The notes under the pieces are model-generated. The model made no database searches, was not told the origin of the DNA, and was given only the letters and a program-made list of their open reading frames with translations. The position numbers and the translations under genes were made by a program. From Burkholderiales bacterium (GTDB taxonomy: Bacteria; Pseudomonadota; Gammaproteobacteria; Burkholderiales; JAEUOS01), in contig DATAZV010000324.1 of assembly GCA_036271855.1 (NCBI GenBank), forward strand, positions 1-50,974: 50,974 nucleotides of DNA. Direction: 5' to 3'. Positions 36,232-45,956 of this stretch are shown piece by piece (the stretch's first letter is position 1; every line of letters begins with the position of its first letter).

Positions 36232-36798
36232 ATGCAAAGCGAAGACCCCAGCGACGAAGCAGCCGTCGCGGCGACCCGTGCCTGGGTGGAAAAAGCAGTG
36301 GTCGGCCTGAACCTCTGCCCGTTCGCCCGCGCCGTATTTCTTGACGAGCGCATCCGCTACAGCGTCAGCGCCGCGAGCGACGCCGATGCGCTGGTGGCCG
36401 ACCTGGCGCGCGAGATCAACACCCTGATGGAAGCCGACCCCGCGCAATCCGAGACCACCCTGCTGATCCACCCTCGGGTGATGGGCGACTTTCTCGACTA
36501 CAACGATTTTCTCGACATTGCCGACGCCACCATCGAGGCGCTGGGCTATACCGGCGAGCTGCAGGTGGCGAGCTTCCACCCGCAATACCAGTTCGCCGGC
36601 ACCGCACCGGAAGACATCGAAAACTACAGCAACCGCTCGCCCTATCCCACGCTGCACCTGCTGCGCGAGGAAAGCATCGAGCGCGCGGTGGAGGCGATGC
36701 CCGACACCGACGCCATCTACGAAAACAACATCGAGACCCTGAAGCGCCTGGGCCCGGCGGGCTGGCGCGCGCTCTGGGGCAACGGCTCGCACAAGTAG
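36232..36798 (+). CDS. DUF1415 domain-containing protein
   Basis: WVEKAVVGLNLCPFARAV, FHPQYQFAG and YSNRSPYPTLHLLRE are typical DUF1415 segments. ATG at 36232 has a GGAG ribosome-binding site 5 nt upstream. In-frame ATGs at 36187, 36202 and 36214 are alternatives. Confidence 0.8.
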   Translation: MQSEDPSDEAAVAATRAWVEKAVVGLNLCPFARAVFLDERIRYSVSAASDADALVADLAREINTLMEADPAQSETTLLIHPRVMGDFLDYNDFLDIADATIEALGYTGELQVASFHPQYQFAGTAPEDIENYSNRSPYPTLHLLREESIERAVEAMPDTDAIYENNIETLKRLGPAGWRALWGNGSHK

Positions 36799-36845
36799 CA
36801 AAAAGAAGTACGACACATCAACCAAAAACGCAACACGGAGACGCA

Positions 36846-37469
36846 ATGCTGAAAATCTGGGGCCGGGTCAATTCGATCAACGTGCAAAAGGTCATGTGGC
36901 TGCTGGCCGAGCTGAAGCTGCCTTTCGAGCGCACCGACGCCGGCCTGCACTTCGGCGCGGTCAACGAAGACTGGTACCGCGCGATGAACCCGAACGGCCG
37001 CGTGCCGACCATCGACGACGACGGCTTCATCCTCTGGGAATCGAACGCTGTGGTGCGCTACCTTGCCGCCAAACACAGCGCCGGCGCGTTTCACCCGGCC
37101 GATGCGCGCACGCGCGCCGATGCCGACCGCTGGATGGACTGGTGCACCACCACCATCGCCCCGGTGATGACCCCGCTGTTCTGGGGTCTGATCCGCACCC
37201 CGGCGGAAAAGCGCGATTCCGCAGCGCTCGAAGGCTACCGCAAGGAAATGGACAAGCTGGCCGGCGTGCTCGACGCGCTACTGGCAGACGGCCGCCCCTA
37301 CCTCTGCGGCGACACGCTCACCATGGGCGACATTCCGCTCGGCTGCTTCACCTATCGCTGGTATGGCATGCCGATAGAGCGCGCCGAGCTGCCGCACCTG
37401 CGCGCCTGGTACGAGCGCCTGGCCGCGCGCCCGGCATTTCGCCAGCACGTGATGCTGCCGCTGACCTGA
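36846..37469 (+). CDS. glutathione S-transferase family protein
   Basis: 207 aa. N-terminal thioredoxin-like GST domain (VPTIDDDGFILWESNAVVRYL) and a helical C-terminal domain. Confidence 0.88.
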   Translation: MLKIWGRVNSINVQKVMWLLAELKLPFERTDAGLHFGAVNEDWYRAMNPNGRVPTIDDDGFILWESNAVVRYLAAKHSAGAFHPADARTRADADRWMDWCTTTIAPVMTPLFWGLIRTPAEKRDSAALEGYRKEMDKLAGVLDALLADGRPYLCGDTLTMGDIPLGCFTYRWYGMPIERAELPHLRAWYERLAARPAFRQHVMLPLT

Positions 37470-37593
37470 AGCCGCCTCCGGCGTGCGCGGCGCATCGGTC
37501 AGCGCAGGCATTGCATCGGGCCAGGCGTAGAATGCCCTCCTGAGCCCATCATGAGGTCCTCGTTAAGGAAAATGAGGACCCGAGGAAAAAGCC

Positions 37594-38235
37594 GTGAGCA
37601 CCCCAAGCGCAGCCTTGCGCGACGAGTTCATCGTCAATAACCTGGAGCAACTCCAGGCCTTGTACGGCGAGGCGAAGGGAGCCTCGATCGCCAAGGAAAC
37701 GCCGGTCATCACCGCGCACTACCGCCAGTTCATCGAAGCCGCGCCGTTTTTCGCCCTTGCCACTTATGGCCCCGAAGGCATGGACTGCTCGCCGCGCGGC
37801 GACGCCCCGGGCTTCGTGCGGGTGGTCGATGAAAAGACCCTGATGATTCCGGACAGGCGCGGCAACAACCGTATCGACAGCCTGCGCAACCTGATGCATG
37901 ACCCGCGCGTCGCCCTGCTGTTCCTGATTCCCGGCCTGGGCGAAACCTTTCGCGTCAACGGCCGGGCCAAAGTGTCGGTCGATCCCGAACTGCTGGCTTC
38001 CTTCGCCCACGAGGGAAAGGTGCCGAAATGCGTGCTGGTGGTCGCGGTCGAGACGGTCTACTTCCAGTGCTCGCGCGCCATCCTGCGTTCGCGCCTGTGG
38101 GACCCCGCGGTGCAAGCCGAGCGCAAGCGTTTTCCAAGCAACGGCCAGATTCTCTCCGACCTGACGCAGCAGCGCTTCGACGGCGCAACATACGACCGCG
38201 AGCTGCCCCTGCGCATCGCCGGCGAGCTGTACTAA
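37594..38235 (+). CDS. PPOX-class (pyridoxamine 5'-phosphate oxidase-like) FMN-binding protein
   Basis: GTG start. CSPRGDAPGFVRVVDEKTLMIPDRRGNNRIDSLRN and LLFLIPGLGETFRVNG are typical of the MSMEG_1061-like PPOX family. Confidence 0.8.
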   Translation: MSTPSAALRDEFIVNNLEQLQALYGEAKGASIAKETPVITAHYRQFIEAAPFFALATYGPEGMDCSPRGDAPGFVRVVDEKTLMIPDRRGNNRIDSLRNLMHDPRVALLFLIPGLGETFRVNGRAKVSVDPELLASFAHEGKVPKCVLVVAVETVYFQCSRAILRSRLWDPAVQAERKRFPSNGQILSDLTQQRFDGATYDRELPLRIAGELY

Positions 38236-39530
38236 GCGCCATCCTCCGGCGCCGGGTCGTCGCCGCCGGCGACGATGCGCGCCGCACGGGTGAAGCTGAA
38301 ATACGCCGACGCCCAGTCCATCATCACCATCACGCGGTTGCGAAAGCCAATGAGAAAGTAGATGTGGGCGAACAGCCAGATCAGCCAGGCGATGAATCCG
38401 GAAAGCTTGAACCTGCCCAGCACCGCCACCGCCGCGTTGCGCCCGATCGGCGATAGCGTGCCGTAGTCGTCATAGTGGAAGGGCCTGGTTGCCTCGCCCT
38501 TCAGCCGACGCTTGAGGTTGGCGGCTGCGCACCAGCCCATCTGCTTGGCCGAGGCCCCCAGCCCCGGCACCGGCTTGCCGTCGCTCTGGATGCCTGCCAG
38601 GTCGCCGATGACAAAGATTTCCGCATGTCCCGGCGCCGTCAGGTCGGGCTCGACCAGCACGCGCCCGGCCCGGTCGTATTTCTCCGCCGGCAGGCCCAGC
38701 GTCTTGGCCAGTGGTGAAGCCGCCACGCCGGCCGCCCACACCACCGTGCGCACCGCGATGCTCTGCTCGCCCTGCGCGGTCTGGTACTTCACGCCCTGCG
38801 CGTCGATGTGGGTGACGCGGCTGCCGGTATGCACCTCGACGCCGATGTGCTCCAGCTGCTCGCGCGCCTTTTGCGACAGGTCTTCCGGGTAGGTGCCCAG
38901 CACGCGGTCGTTGCCTTCGAGCAGCACCACGCGCACCTGGCGGGTATCGATGCGCCGGAAATCGTGCTTCAGGGTATGGCGGCCGATCTCGGCCAGCGTG
39001 CCCGCCAGCTCCACCCCGGTCGGCCCGGCGCCGATCACCGCGAAGGTCAGCCAGGGCACGCGTTTGGCGGCATCCAGCTCGCGCTCGGCGTGCTCGTAGG
39101 CCAGCAGGATGCGCTTGCGGATGATGAAGGCGTCCGACAGATTCTTCAGGCCCGGCGCGTAAGGCTCCCAGGCGTCGTTGCCGAAATAGCTGTGGGTGGT
39201 GCCGGTGGCCATCACCAGCCAGTCGTAGGCCAGCTCGCTGCCGTCGTCCAGGGTCACCACCCGCCGTGCCGCGTCCACCGCCAGCACATCGGCCATCAGC
39301 GTGGTGGCGTTGGCCTGGTCGGCCAGCAGCGAGCGCACCGGCGCGGCGATCGCCGGTGCCGCCAGGCCGGCGGTGGCCACCTGGTAGAGCAGGGGCTGGA
39401 ACAGGTGGTGGTTGCTCTTGTCGATCATCGTGATGCGCAGCGGCGTGTGGGCGAGCTTGCGCGCCGTTGCCAGGCCGCCGAAGCCGCAGCCGAGAATCAC
39501 CACATGGGGGAGGGAGGTATTGGTACTCAT
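38232..39530 (-). CDS. ndh: type II NADH dehydrogenase (NDH-2)
   Basis: HVVILGCGFGGL and FAVIGAGPTGVELAG dinucleotide folds, plus a C-terminal membrane-associating segment. Start taken at MSTNTSLPH. The stop overlaps the convergent PPOX stop by 4 nt. Confidence 0.9.
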   Translation of the reverse strand: MSTNTSLPHVVILGCGFGGLATARKLAHTPLRITMIDKSNHHLFQPLLYQVATAGLAAPAIAAPVRSLLADQANATTLMADVLAVDAARRVVTLDDGSELAYDWLVMATGTTHSYFGNDAWEPYAPGLKNLSDAFIIRKRILLAYEHAERELDAAKRVPWLTFAVIGAGPTGVELAGTLAEIGRHTLKHDFRRIDTRQVRVVLLEGNDRVLGTYPEDLSQKAREQLEHIGVEVHTGSRVTHIDAQGVKYQTAQGEQSIAVRTVVWAAGVAASPLAKTLGLPAEKYDRAGRVLVEPDLTAPGHAEIFVIGDLAGIQSDGKPVPGLGASAKQMGWCAAANLKRRLKGEATRPFHYDDYGTLSPIGRNAAVAVLGRFKLSGFIAWLIWLFAHIYFLIGFRNRVMVMMDWASAYFSFTRAARIVAGGDDPAPEDGA

Positions 39531-39726
39531 AACCAGTAGACGGGTGGCGTTATATATTTGTGACCGCAGTATAGGGCCGGTAGTTTCGCCTATGCGGCGC
39601 ATCAGCAAGGCGCGGCTGTCGCGCCCGGGCATAGCGGGAGTACCATTTGTCCGGACAGCTCGCACAACAGCGCTTGACGCCAAAACGGCTGCCCGAGACA
39701 AATCAGTTCCCAAAACAAGGAGGCGC

Positions 39727-40812
39727 ATGATGAAACGCATCGCGACGGCGCTCGCCGCCACACTCTGCATGGCCCTGGCCGCAAACGTTCACGCCCAGGC
39801 CGCCGCCGAACCCGCATCTGAAAAGCCGATCAGCCGGCTCGACCCCGCGCTCGACGCCCTGCTGGCGCCCGAGGCCAAACTTGAAATGGCGGTCACCGGT
39901 TTCGGCTTCACCGAAGGCAACTTCTGGGTGGAGAATAAAAAGGACAAGAAGAACCAGGGCTACCTGCTGTTTTCCGACATTCCCGCCAACGTGGTCTACA
40001 AATGGACGCCGGACGGCAAAGTCAGCGTCTACCTGGAAAAAGCCGGCTACCAGAAGCCCGACGTCTGGCGCGCCGGCTTTGAATTCCACAACGGCCGCGA
40101 AGCCAGCGACCCGAAGTTCGAAAAATTCTTCATGAGCGGCTCCAACGGCCTGACCATGGACCGCCAGGGCCGGCTGATCATCGCCAGCTGGGCCGGGCGC
40201 TCGATCGACCGCATCGAAAAAAACGGCAAGCGCACCTTCCTCGCCACCACCTTCCACGGCAAGCAGTTCAACGGCACCAACGACGTGGTGGTCAAGCGCG
40301 ACGGCATGATCTACTTCACCGACACCTGCGACGGCCTGCGCGGCCGCTGCAAGGACCCGCATCGCGGCATCCAGACCGTCGGCATTTTCCGCGTCAGCCC
40401 GAAGGGCGGTGAAGTCACGCAGATCATCGACGACATCCCGGTGCCCAACGGCCTGGTGTTCTCGCCGGATGAAAAAATTCTCTACGCCAACGGCGGCGGC
40501 AAGCGCTACATCAACGCCTACGACGTCAACCCCGACGGCACGGTGAAAAACGGCCGCCTGCTGATCGACCTGAACGACGACAAGGCGCCCGGCATCACCG
40601 ACGGCATGAAGGTCGACGTGAAAGGCAACATCTACACCACCGGCCCCGGCGGGGTCTGGATCATCTCGCCCGAAGGCAAGCGCCTGGGGCTGATCCCGCT
40701 GCCCGAACTCGGCGGCAACGTCGCCTTCGGCGACCCCGACTACAAGACCCTGTACATCGCCGCGCGCTCGTCGATCTACAAAATCCGCACCAAGCTCGCC
40801 GGCGTTCCCTAG
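39727..40812 (+). CDS. secreted SMP-30/gluconolactonase/LRE family protein
   Basis: Signal peptide ending VHAQAA. TEGNFW, NGLTMDRQGRL, NDVVVKRDGMIYFTD and PNGLVFSPDEKILY beta-propeller repeats. AAGGAGG ribosome-binding site. Confidence 0.85.
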   Translation: MMKRIATALAATLCMALAANVHAQAAAEPASEKPISRLDPALDALLAPEAKLEMAVTGFGFTEGNFWVENKKDKKNQGYLLFSDIPANVVYKWTPDGKVSVYLEKAGYQKPDVWRAGFEFHNGREASDPKFEKFFMSGSNGLTMDRQGRLIIASWAGRSIDRIEKNGKRTFLATTFHGKQFNGTNDVVVKRDGMIYFTDTCDGLRGRCKDPHRGIQTVGIFRVSPKGGEVTQIIDDIPVPNGLVFSPDEKILYANGGGKRYINAYDVNPDGTVKNGRLLIDLNDDKAPGITDGMKVDVKGNIYTTGPGGVWIISPEGKRLGLIPLPELGGNVAFGDPDYKTLYIAARSSIYKIRTKLAGVP

Positions 40813-40932
40813 GCGCGGGCCACCGGCATGGCGCGCGCGGGCAGCGCGCCATGCCGCACGTCGCGCTGCCGGTGCTACCATCGCCGCAAACCAAGCGGCG
40901 CATACGCCCCGCCAAAAACAAAGGAGACAAAA

Positions 40933-42264
40933 ATGCGCGCACTGCCTGCAGCCATTCTCGCCATCGCCGCCCTGTCCATTGCGGGCACTGCTGTTGCCGC
41001 CACGCCCAACTGGGTCACCGCCTGGGCCGCTTCGGTCCACGGCCCGTATCCCATCGGCAACCCGTCGGCGCAGCCCGACATGAAGCTGGCTTTTCCTTCC
41101 GCCGAAACCGGCGCGCGCGACCAGAGCTTTCGCCTGATCGTGCGCCCGGACATCTGGGGCAAGTCAGCGCGGGTGCGCCTGTCCAACGCCTTCGGCACCC
41201 GGCCTGTCACCTTCGACGGCGCGTATATCGGTTTGCAACTCTCCGGCTCCGCGCTGGTGCATGGCAGTAACCGGCCCTTGCGCTTCGGCGGCAAATCCGC
41301 CGTCACCGTCGCCCCCGGTGAATCGGCGTGGAGCGACGCCGTCGCGCTGCCCTTCGCCCGCGACGCCCACATGCTCGCAGGCCGCAAGCTGGCGGTGAGT
41401 TTTCACGTCGCCGGTGAAAGCGGCCCGATGACCTGGCATGCCAAGGCGCTCACCTCCTCCTATGTCACCCTGCCCGGCGCCGGCGCGCACGGCGCCGAAG
41501 AAGGCGAGGCCGATTTTCCCGCCTCCACCGCTTCCTGGTATTTCCTCGACGCCCTCGACATGCAAATGCCCGCGGGCACGCGCACCATCGTCGCTTTCGG
41601 CGATTCGATTACCGACGGCACCGCCTCCACCATGAACGGCGACGACCGCTGGCCCGACGTGCTGTCGCGGCGCATCCACGCCCAATACGGCGAGCGTTAC
41701 GCCGTCGTCAACGCCGGCATCGGCGGTAACCAGGTGGCCGGGCCGCCCGAATACACGCCGCAAAAGCCGATTCCCGGCGGCCCCTCGGCGGTCAGCCGCC
41801 TGCAGCGCGACGTGCTCACCCTGTCCAACGTCGGCGCGGTGATCTGGCTCGAAGGCATCAACGACTTCAGCAAGAACGGCAACACCAGCGTCGAGCAGGT
41901 GATCGCCGGCATGAAAGACGTGGTCGGGCGTACGCGCGCCAGCCTCCCCGGCGTGCGCGTGGTCGGCGCCACCGTCACCTCGGCCCTGGGCAGCAGCAAC
42001 GGTGCCCACGGCCACCCGGAAGAAGACGTCAAGCGCAAGCAGTTGAACGACTTCATTCGCACCGGCGGGCTGTTCGACGCAGTCGCCGACTTCGACGCCG
42101 TCACCCTCGACACGTCCACCGGCAGCATGAAGCCCGGCTTCGTGCCCGAAAGTACCACCGGCGGCGCCGGTGACAAGCTGCACCCCAACCGCATGGGCTA
42201 CCAGGCAATGGGCGCGGCGATCGACATTCCGTCCCTGCTGCCGCGCAAACCGGCACGCAAATGA
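40933..42264 (+). CDS. secreted SGNH/GDSL hydrolase family protein
   Basis: Signal peptide. Block I VAFGDSITDG, block III GINDF and a C-terminal DKLHPN (DxxH). AAGGAGA ribosome-binding site. Confidence 0.85.
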   Translation: MRALPAAILAIAALSIAGTAVAATPNWVTAWAASVHGPYPIGNPSAQPDMKLAFPSAETGARDQSFRLIVRPDIWGKSARVRLSNAFGTRPVTFDGAYIGLQLSGSALVHGSNRPLRFGGKSAVTVAPGESAWSDAVALPFARDAHMLAGRKLAVSFHVAGESGPMTWHAKALTSSYVTLPGAGAHGAEEGEADFPASTASWYFLDALDMQMPAGTRTIVAFGDSITDGTASTMNGDDRWPDVLSRRIHAQYGERYAVVNAGIGGNQVAGPPEYTPQKPIPGGPSAVSRLQRDVLTLSNVGAVIWLEGINDFSKNGNTSVEQVIAGMKDVVGRTRASLPGVRVVGATVTSALGSSNGAHGHPEEDVKRKQLNDFIRTGGLFDAVADFDAVTLDTSTGSMKPGFVPESTTGGAGDKLHPNRMGYQAMGAAIDIPSLLPRKPARK

Positions 42265-42284
42265 GGTGTGGCTGAAACGCCGCC

Positions 42285-43211
42285 TCAGGTGGCCGGCCTG
42301 ACCCCGGCCGCCCGCCGCGGCCGCGTGGCGACGAACACGCCGGTGAGGATCAGCGCGATGCCCGCGTAGTGATAGCCCATCAGGCTTTCACCCAGGAACA
42401 GGTAGGCGACAATCGGCGTGAACACCGCCACCAGGTGATACGCCGGCCCGGTCACTCCCGGCCCCAGGCTGACCACGCAATAGTTCCACATCAGGTAGGC
42501 GCCCAGCGAAATCACCACGCCGATGTAAAGCAGCGCCGCCAGCGACTTCGCGTCGGTGGGTATATGCGCCCCCAGCGCCAGTTCCAGCGCCACGAAGGGC
42601 AATAGCGAGACGATGGCGCCTATCATGCCGCCGAACAGGTACACCAGCAGGTCCAGCTCGCGCGGCTTTTTGCGGATCAGCACCGAATACAGCGCGTACA
42701 TCGCCACCGCCAGGAGCGTGATCAAATCGCCGCGCGCGAACGACAGGTGCGCCAGATTGCCCGGCTCGCCGCGCGCGATGATCCATCCGACGCCGCAAAA
42801 CGACACCGCGATGCCGGCGTAAGTGCGCGCCGGCAGCGGCTCGCGGGCGATGAAAAACATGATCAGCGGCACCAGCAGGGGCACGATGGAGTTGATGAAC
42901 GCCACATTGGCCGCCGTGGTGGTGCGCAGCGCCAGGTAGGCCAGCGCGCTGTAACCCGCCATCCCCAGGGCGCCGGTGAAGCCGATCAATTTCCAGTGTC
43001 GCAGCAGGATCGGCGCCTGCTCCCGCACCCGCCGCCAGATGAAGGGCAGCAGCACCGCGATGGCGATGAACCAGCGCAACAGGGTAAGCGTGACCGGCGG
43101 GAAAGTCGCCGCCACCGCGCGCCCCATGGTGATGTTGGTCGCCCATAGCAGCGGCGCGGTCCACACGAGGTAGAGCGGATGCGCCCACAGCCAGCGCAAG
43201 GCCTTCAGCAT
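42285..43211 (-). CDS. DMT superfamily (EamA-like) transporter
   Basis: 308 aa with 10 TM spans in two EamA repeats. GAGG ribosome-binding site inside the end of the upstream gene. Confidence 0.88.
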   Translation of the reverse strand: MLKALRWLWAHPLYLVWTAPLLWATNITMGRAVAATFPPVTLTLLRWFIAIAVLLPFIWRRVREQAPILLRHWKLIGFTGALGMAGYSALAYLALRTTTAANVAFINSIVPLLVPLIMFFIAREPLPARTYAGIAVSFCGVGWIIARGEPGNLAHLSFARGDLITLLAVAMYALYSVLIRKKPRELDLLVYLFGGMIGAIVSLLPFVALELALGAHIPTDAKSLAALLYIGVVISLGAYLMWNYCVVSLGPGVTGPAYHLVAVFTPIVAYLFLGESLMGYHYAGIALILTGVFVATRPRRAAGVRPAT

Positions 43212-43215
43212 GGCC

Positions 43216-43683
43216 TCATCCGGCGGCGCTCGCCGCTTCCAGCAGGCGCGCGCGCAGCAGGTCGATGTCGCGCGCCGTCAGGCCGGTGTCGCCGTTGGTA
43301 AACACGGTGCGCCCGTGCGCGCTGGGCGGAAAGCCGTGAAAGTCGTCGTCCAGGGCCACCCACTCGCGCACCTCCGGGTGCATACGCAGCCAGGCGGCGA
43401 TGTCTTCATGGCGCCGCTGCGGCGTCTGGTGGCGCTCCAGTTGCGGCGTGCAGCCGAGCACCCGCCGCCGCAGGTCGGGGGCGAACAGGCTGCGCAATTG
43501 CGCCGGCGTGTGGATCAGGCGCCAGGTGGAAGAAATGACAATGCCCACCGATTGCAGGCCGGGCTCGCGCAGCAGGCCTTCCAGCAAGGGCAGTTTTGCC
43601 ATGCGCTGATGCGGCAGCGTGCCGCCCACCGGGTGCAGCACGCCGTCGAAGTCGAGGAACAGGACGATGCCGTACTCGTCCAT
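43216..43683 (-). CDS. small stand-alone HAD-superfamily phosphatase-like protein
   Basis: 155 aa. HAD motif I FLDFDGVLHP, IVISSTWR, and a late acidic motif VALDDD. From memory it resembles the Pfam HAD_SAK_2 type. Start taken at MDEYGIV, 1 nt after the upstream stop. Confidence 0.7.
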   Translation of the reverse strand: MDEYGIVLFLDFDGVLHPVGGTLPHQRMAKLPLLEGLLREPGLQSVGIVISSTWRLIHTPAQLRSLFAPDLRRRVLGCTPQLERHQTPQRRHEDIAAWLRMHPEVREWVALDDDFHGFPPSAHGRTVFTNGDTGLTARDIDLLRARLLEAASAAG

Positions 43684-43684
43684 G

Positions 43685-45100
43685 CTAGGCGAACAGGTCC
43701 ACCGCGCCGCGCTCGGCGTAGCCGCGCAGCAATTCGGCGGCGCGCGCCGCCACCCCGGCCCAGTCGCCGGGATGGGCATGGCGCAGCAGGCGCACGCCCG
43801 GGTACCAGGGCGAACGCTCGGTATGCATCAGCCAGAAGCTGCCGCTGCTGTACGGCAGCAGCACCAGGGTGGGCCGGTTCAGCCCGCCCGCCAGGTGGGA
43901 GACCGAGGTATCGACGGTGATGATCAGGTCGAGGTTGGCGGCCAGCGCCGCAGTGTCGGCCATGTCCTTCAGGTCGGCGTCGAAGTCGTGGATCGGCAAT
44001 CCGGAAGCCGCCAGCTGCGGCAGGGCGCCGCCCTTTTGCAGGCTGATCAGGGTCACGCCCTCGATGCCGCACAGCGGCGCCAGCAATTCCAGGGAAAGCG
44101 ATTTGTTCATGCGCGAAGCGACGAACTGCGCGTCGTTGCTCCAGAAGCCCGAGCTCCAGCACAGGCCCACCTTGAGGCCGTGCATGCCCTGCAGGCGCGC
44201 CGCCCAGCGCGCGACATCGGCGGGGTCGGGACGCAAATAGGGCACGGGCGCCGGAATGCTCGCCAGCTCGGTGCCGAAAATGCACGGCAGGTCGAGCAGC
44301 GCCGCATGGCAGTCCACGGCAAACACCCCGCCGTCGGCAAACGCTTCGGTCACGCCCTCGATGTTGGCGAACAGGCGCCGGTCCTGCGCCGAGCAACTGA
44401 CATACAGCGCCGCCGGCTGGAAGCGCCGCTGCACTTCCGCGATATAGCGCGCGAACAGCAGCTCGTCGCCCAGGCCGCCCCAGTCGGTCCACACCAGCAG
44501 GCGGCGCCCGGCCAGGGACTCGCCGCCCCAGGCCGGAATGGCGTTGAGCCAGGGATGCTTTTGCTGCTGCTCCTGCGCATTGTTGCGGGCGCGAAAATGA
44601 AAAAAGCCCTCGCGGTAATGGCCGCCGAGAAACAGCAGCATCGACAGGGCATAGCGATAGGTGGGAATCTCCGGCTCGGCCGCCACCACCAGGCGCATGG
44701 CCGCGATCGCTTCCTCGTTGCGCTGCAGGCGCTGCAGCGACTGCGCGAGCGGATACAGCAGCAGCGCCGAGGCCGGGTGCAGCGCCACCGCGTGCGCATA
44801 CAGTTCGCTTGCCCGCACCGGGTCGTCGGTGAGCAGCAGGCCGGCGAGAGTCAGCAGCGCTTCGAGATCGTCCGGTGCCGCCAGATGGTCGGCGCGCGCG
44901 CGCGCCAGCGCCGCGGCCAAGGTGTCGTGGGTCACCGCCTCCACGCGCGCGGCAGCCGCTTGCACCGCCGTCACCACGGCTGCCGACTGGGTCAGCGTGT
45001 AGGCGGGCATGGCGGGCGCCTCCGCCGGCGGCGGCACGGCAGCGGGCGGCGCGGCCGGTTCCTCGGGTGTCTTCAGCGTCTTGAACAGCGAACGGAGCAT
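43685..45100 (-). CDS. TPR repeat protein fused to a glycosyltransferase family 9 (heptosyltransferase-fold) domain
   Basis: The N-terminal half has TPR-like helices. The C-terminal motifs TAALAANLDLIITVDTSVSHLAGGLNRPTLVLLP...SPWYPGVRLL are typical GT9. Start at MLRSLFK (45100) has no clear ribosome-binding site. Confidence 0.8.
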   Translation of the reverse strand: MLRSLFKTLKTPEEPAAPPAAVPPPAEAPAMPAYTLTQSAAVVTAVQAAAARVEAVTHDTLAAALARARADHLAAPDDLEALLTLAGLLLTDDPVRASELYAHAVALHPASALLLYPLAQSLQRLQRNEEAIAAMRLVVAAEPEIPTYRYALSMLLFLGGHYREGFFHFRARNNAQEQQQKHPWLNAIPAWGGESLAGRRLLVWTDWGGLGDELLFARYIAEVQRRFQPAALYVSCSAQDRRLFANIEGVTEAFADGGVFAVDCHAALLDLPCIFGTELASIPAPVPYLRPDPADVARWAARLQGMHGLKVGLCWSSGFWSNDAQFVASRMNKSLSLELLAPLCGIEGVTLISLQKGGALPQLAASGLPIHDFDADLKDMADTAALAANLDLIITVDTSVSHLAGGLNRPTLVLLPYSSGSFWLMHTERSPWYPGVRLLRHAHPGDWAGVAARAAELLRGYAERGAVDLFA

Positions 45101-45292
45101 GGGCGGGGCGTGGTGATTGTCGGGCCATGCCGGCCCGGCTGGGCGTCGACAAGGCCGCCGGGTCCTGCGCACCCGTGGGCCGATTCTAGCGCAGATCATT
45201 TTGCATACCGGCGACGCGTGCGCCGCGGCGGGCCTGCAAGCGCGCCGCTCCAGGCGTATGCTGGCGCGAAGATTACCCGCTGGGAGGCGGTC

Positions 45293-45802
45293 ATGAAGCT
45301 CTGGTTGCCGGTACTGGTTTTTGTCATTTTGCTGCTGGCGACAGCGGCGTATTTTTTCTCCGGCAGCGGCCTCATGCCGGAGCGCGTGGCGGTGCATTTC
45401 GCCGCCGACGGCAGCGCCAACGGCTTCATGACGCGCGAGGGCTATCGCCAGTTCCTGCTTGAATTCGGCCTCGGCGTGCCGCTGGGCACCGCGCTGATCG
45501 TCGCCGTGCTGCCGGCGCTGATCCCCACCCGGGTCAACCTGCCGTACAAGAACTACTGGATGGCGCCGGAGCGCCGCGCGCAAAGCCTGGCCTTTCTCAG
45601 CGGCCACGGCTTCTGGCTCGGCTGCCTGCTCCTGCTGCTGATGTCCGGGGTGCACCGCCTGGTGGTTGCCGCCAACGCGGGCGACGCCGCCGCGCAGCAT
45701 CTGGACAACGGCGGCTTCGCCTGGGTAATGGGCCTGTTCGGCATCGGCATCGCGCTATGGGCCGCGACCCTGATGCTGCGCTTTCGCAAGCCGCCGGCCT
45801 GA
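45293..45802 (+). CDS. membrane protein (DUF1648-like)
   Basis: 169 aa with 4 hydrophobic spans. N-terminal TM span followed by PERVAVHFAADGSANGF, as in DUF1648. GGAGG ribosome-binding site. It is the only coding part of listed ORF 43619..45802. Confidence 0.65.
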   Translation: MKLWLPVLVFVILLLATAAYFFSGSGLMPERVAVHFAADGSANGFMTREGYRQFLLEFGLGVPLGTALIVAVLPALIPTRVNLPYKNYWMAPERRAQSLAFLSGHGFWLGCLLLLLMSGVHRLVVAANAGDAAAQHLDNGGFAWVMGLFGIGIALWAATLMLRFRKPPA

Positions 45803-45956
45803 AGGCGCAAACGCATGGCGGCCGCTTCGGCTGCAACCCGGCCGGGCATCGGGTGATGCCGCCCATCAGCGCAAAAAGGCGGATTTTCCGGCGTTTTCGG
45901 GTAAGCTTCGCGGGCTTTTGGAACCCGCTTTCAGAACCCACTGGGAAGAGACAAAG

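Noticed and set aside
35602-36846. 414-aa minus-strand ORF covering the 190-aa gene and DUF1415
   Set aside because: DUF1415 motifs are on the plus strand, and the minus-strand product is an R/A/G/H-rich shadow ORF.
43515-45802. Long alternative ORFs (545 aa minus; 727 aa plus) over the TPR-GT9 gene
   Set aside because: Only the frame 43685..45100 (minus) gives TPR and GT9 motifs. Only the last 169 codons of the 727-aa plus ORF (from 45293, with a GGAGG ribosome-binding site) look like a real membrane protein.
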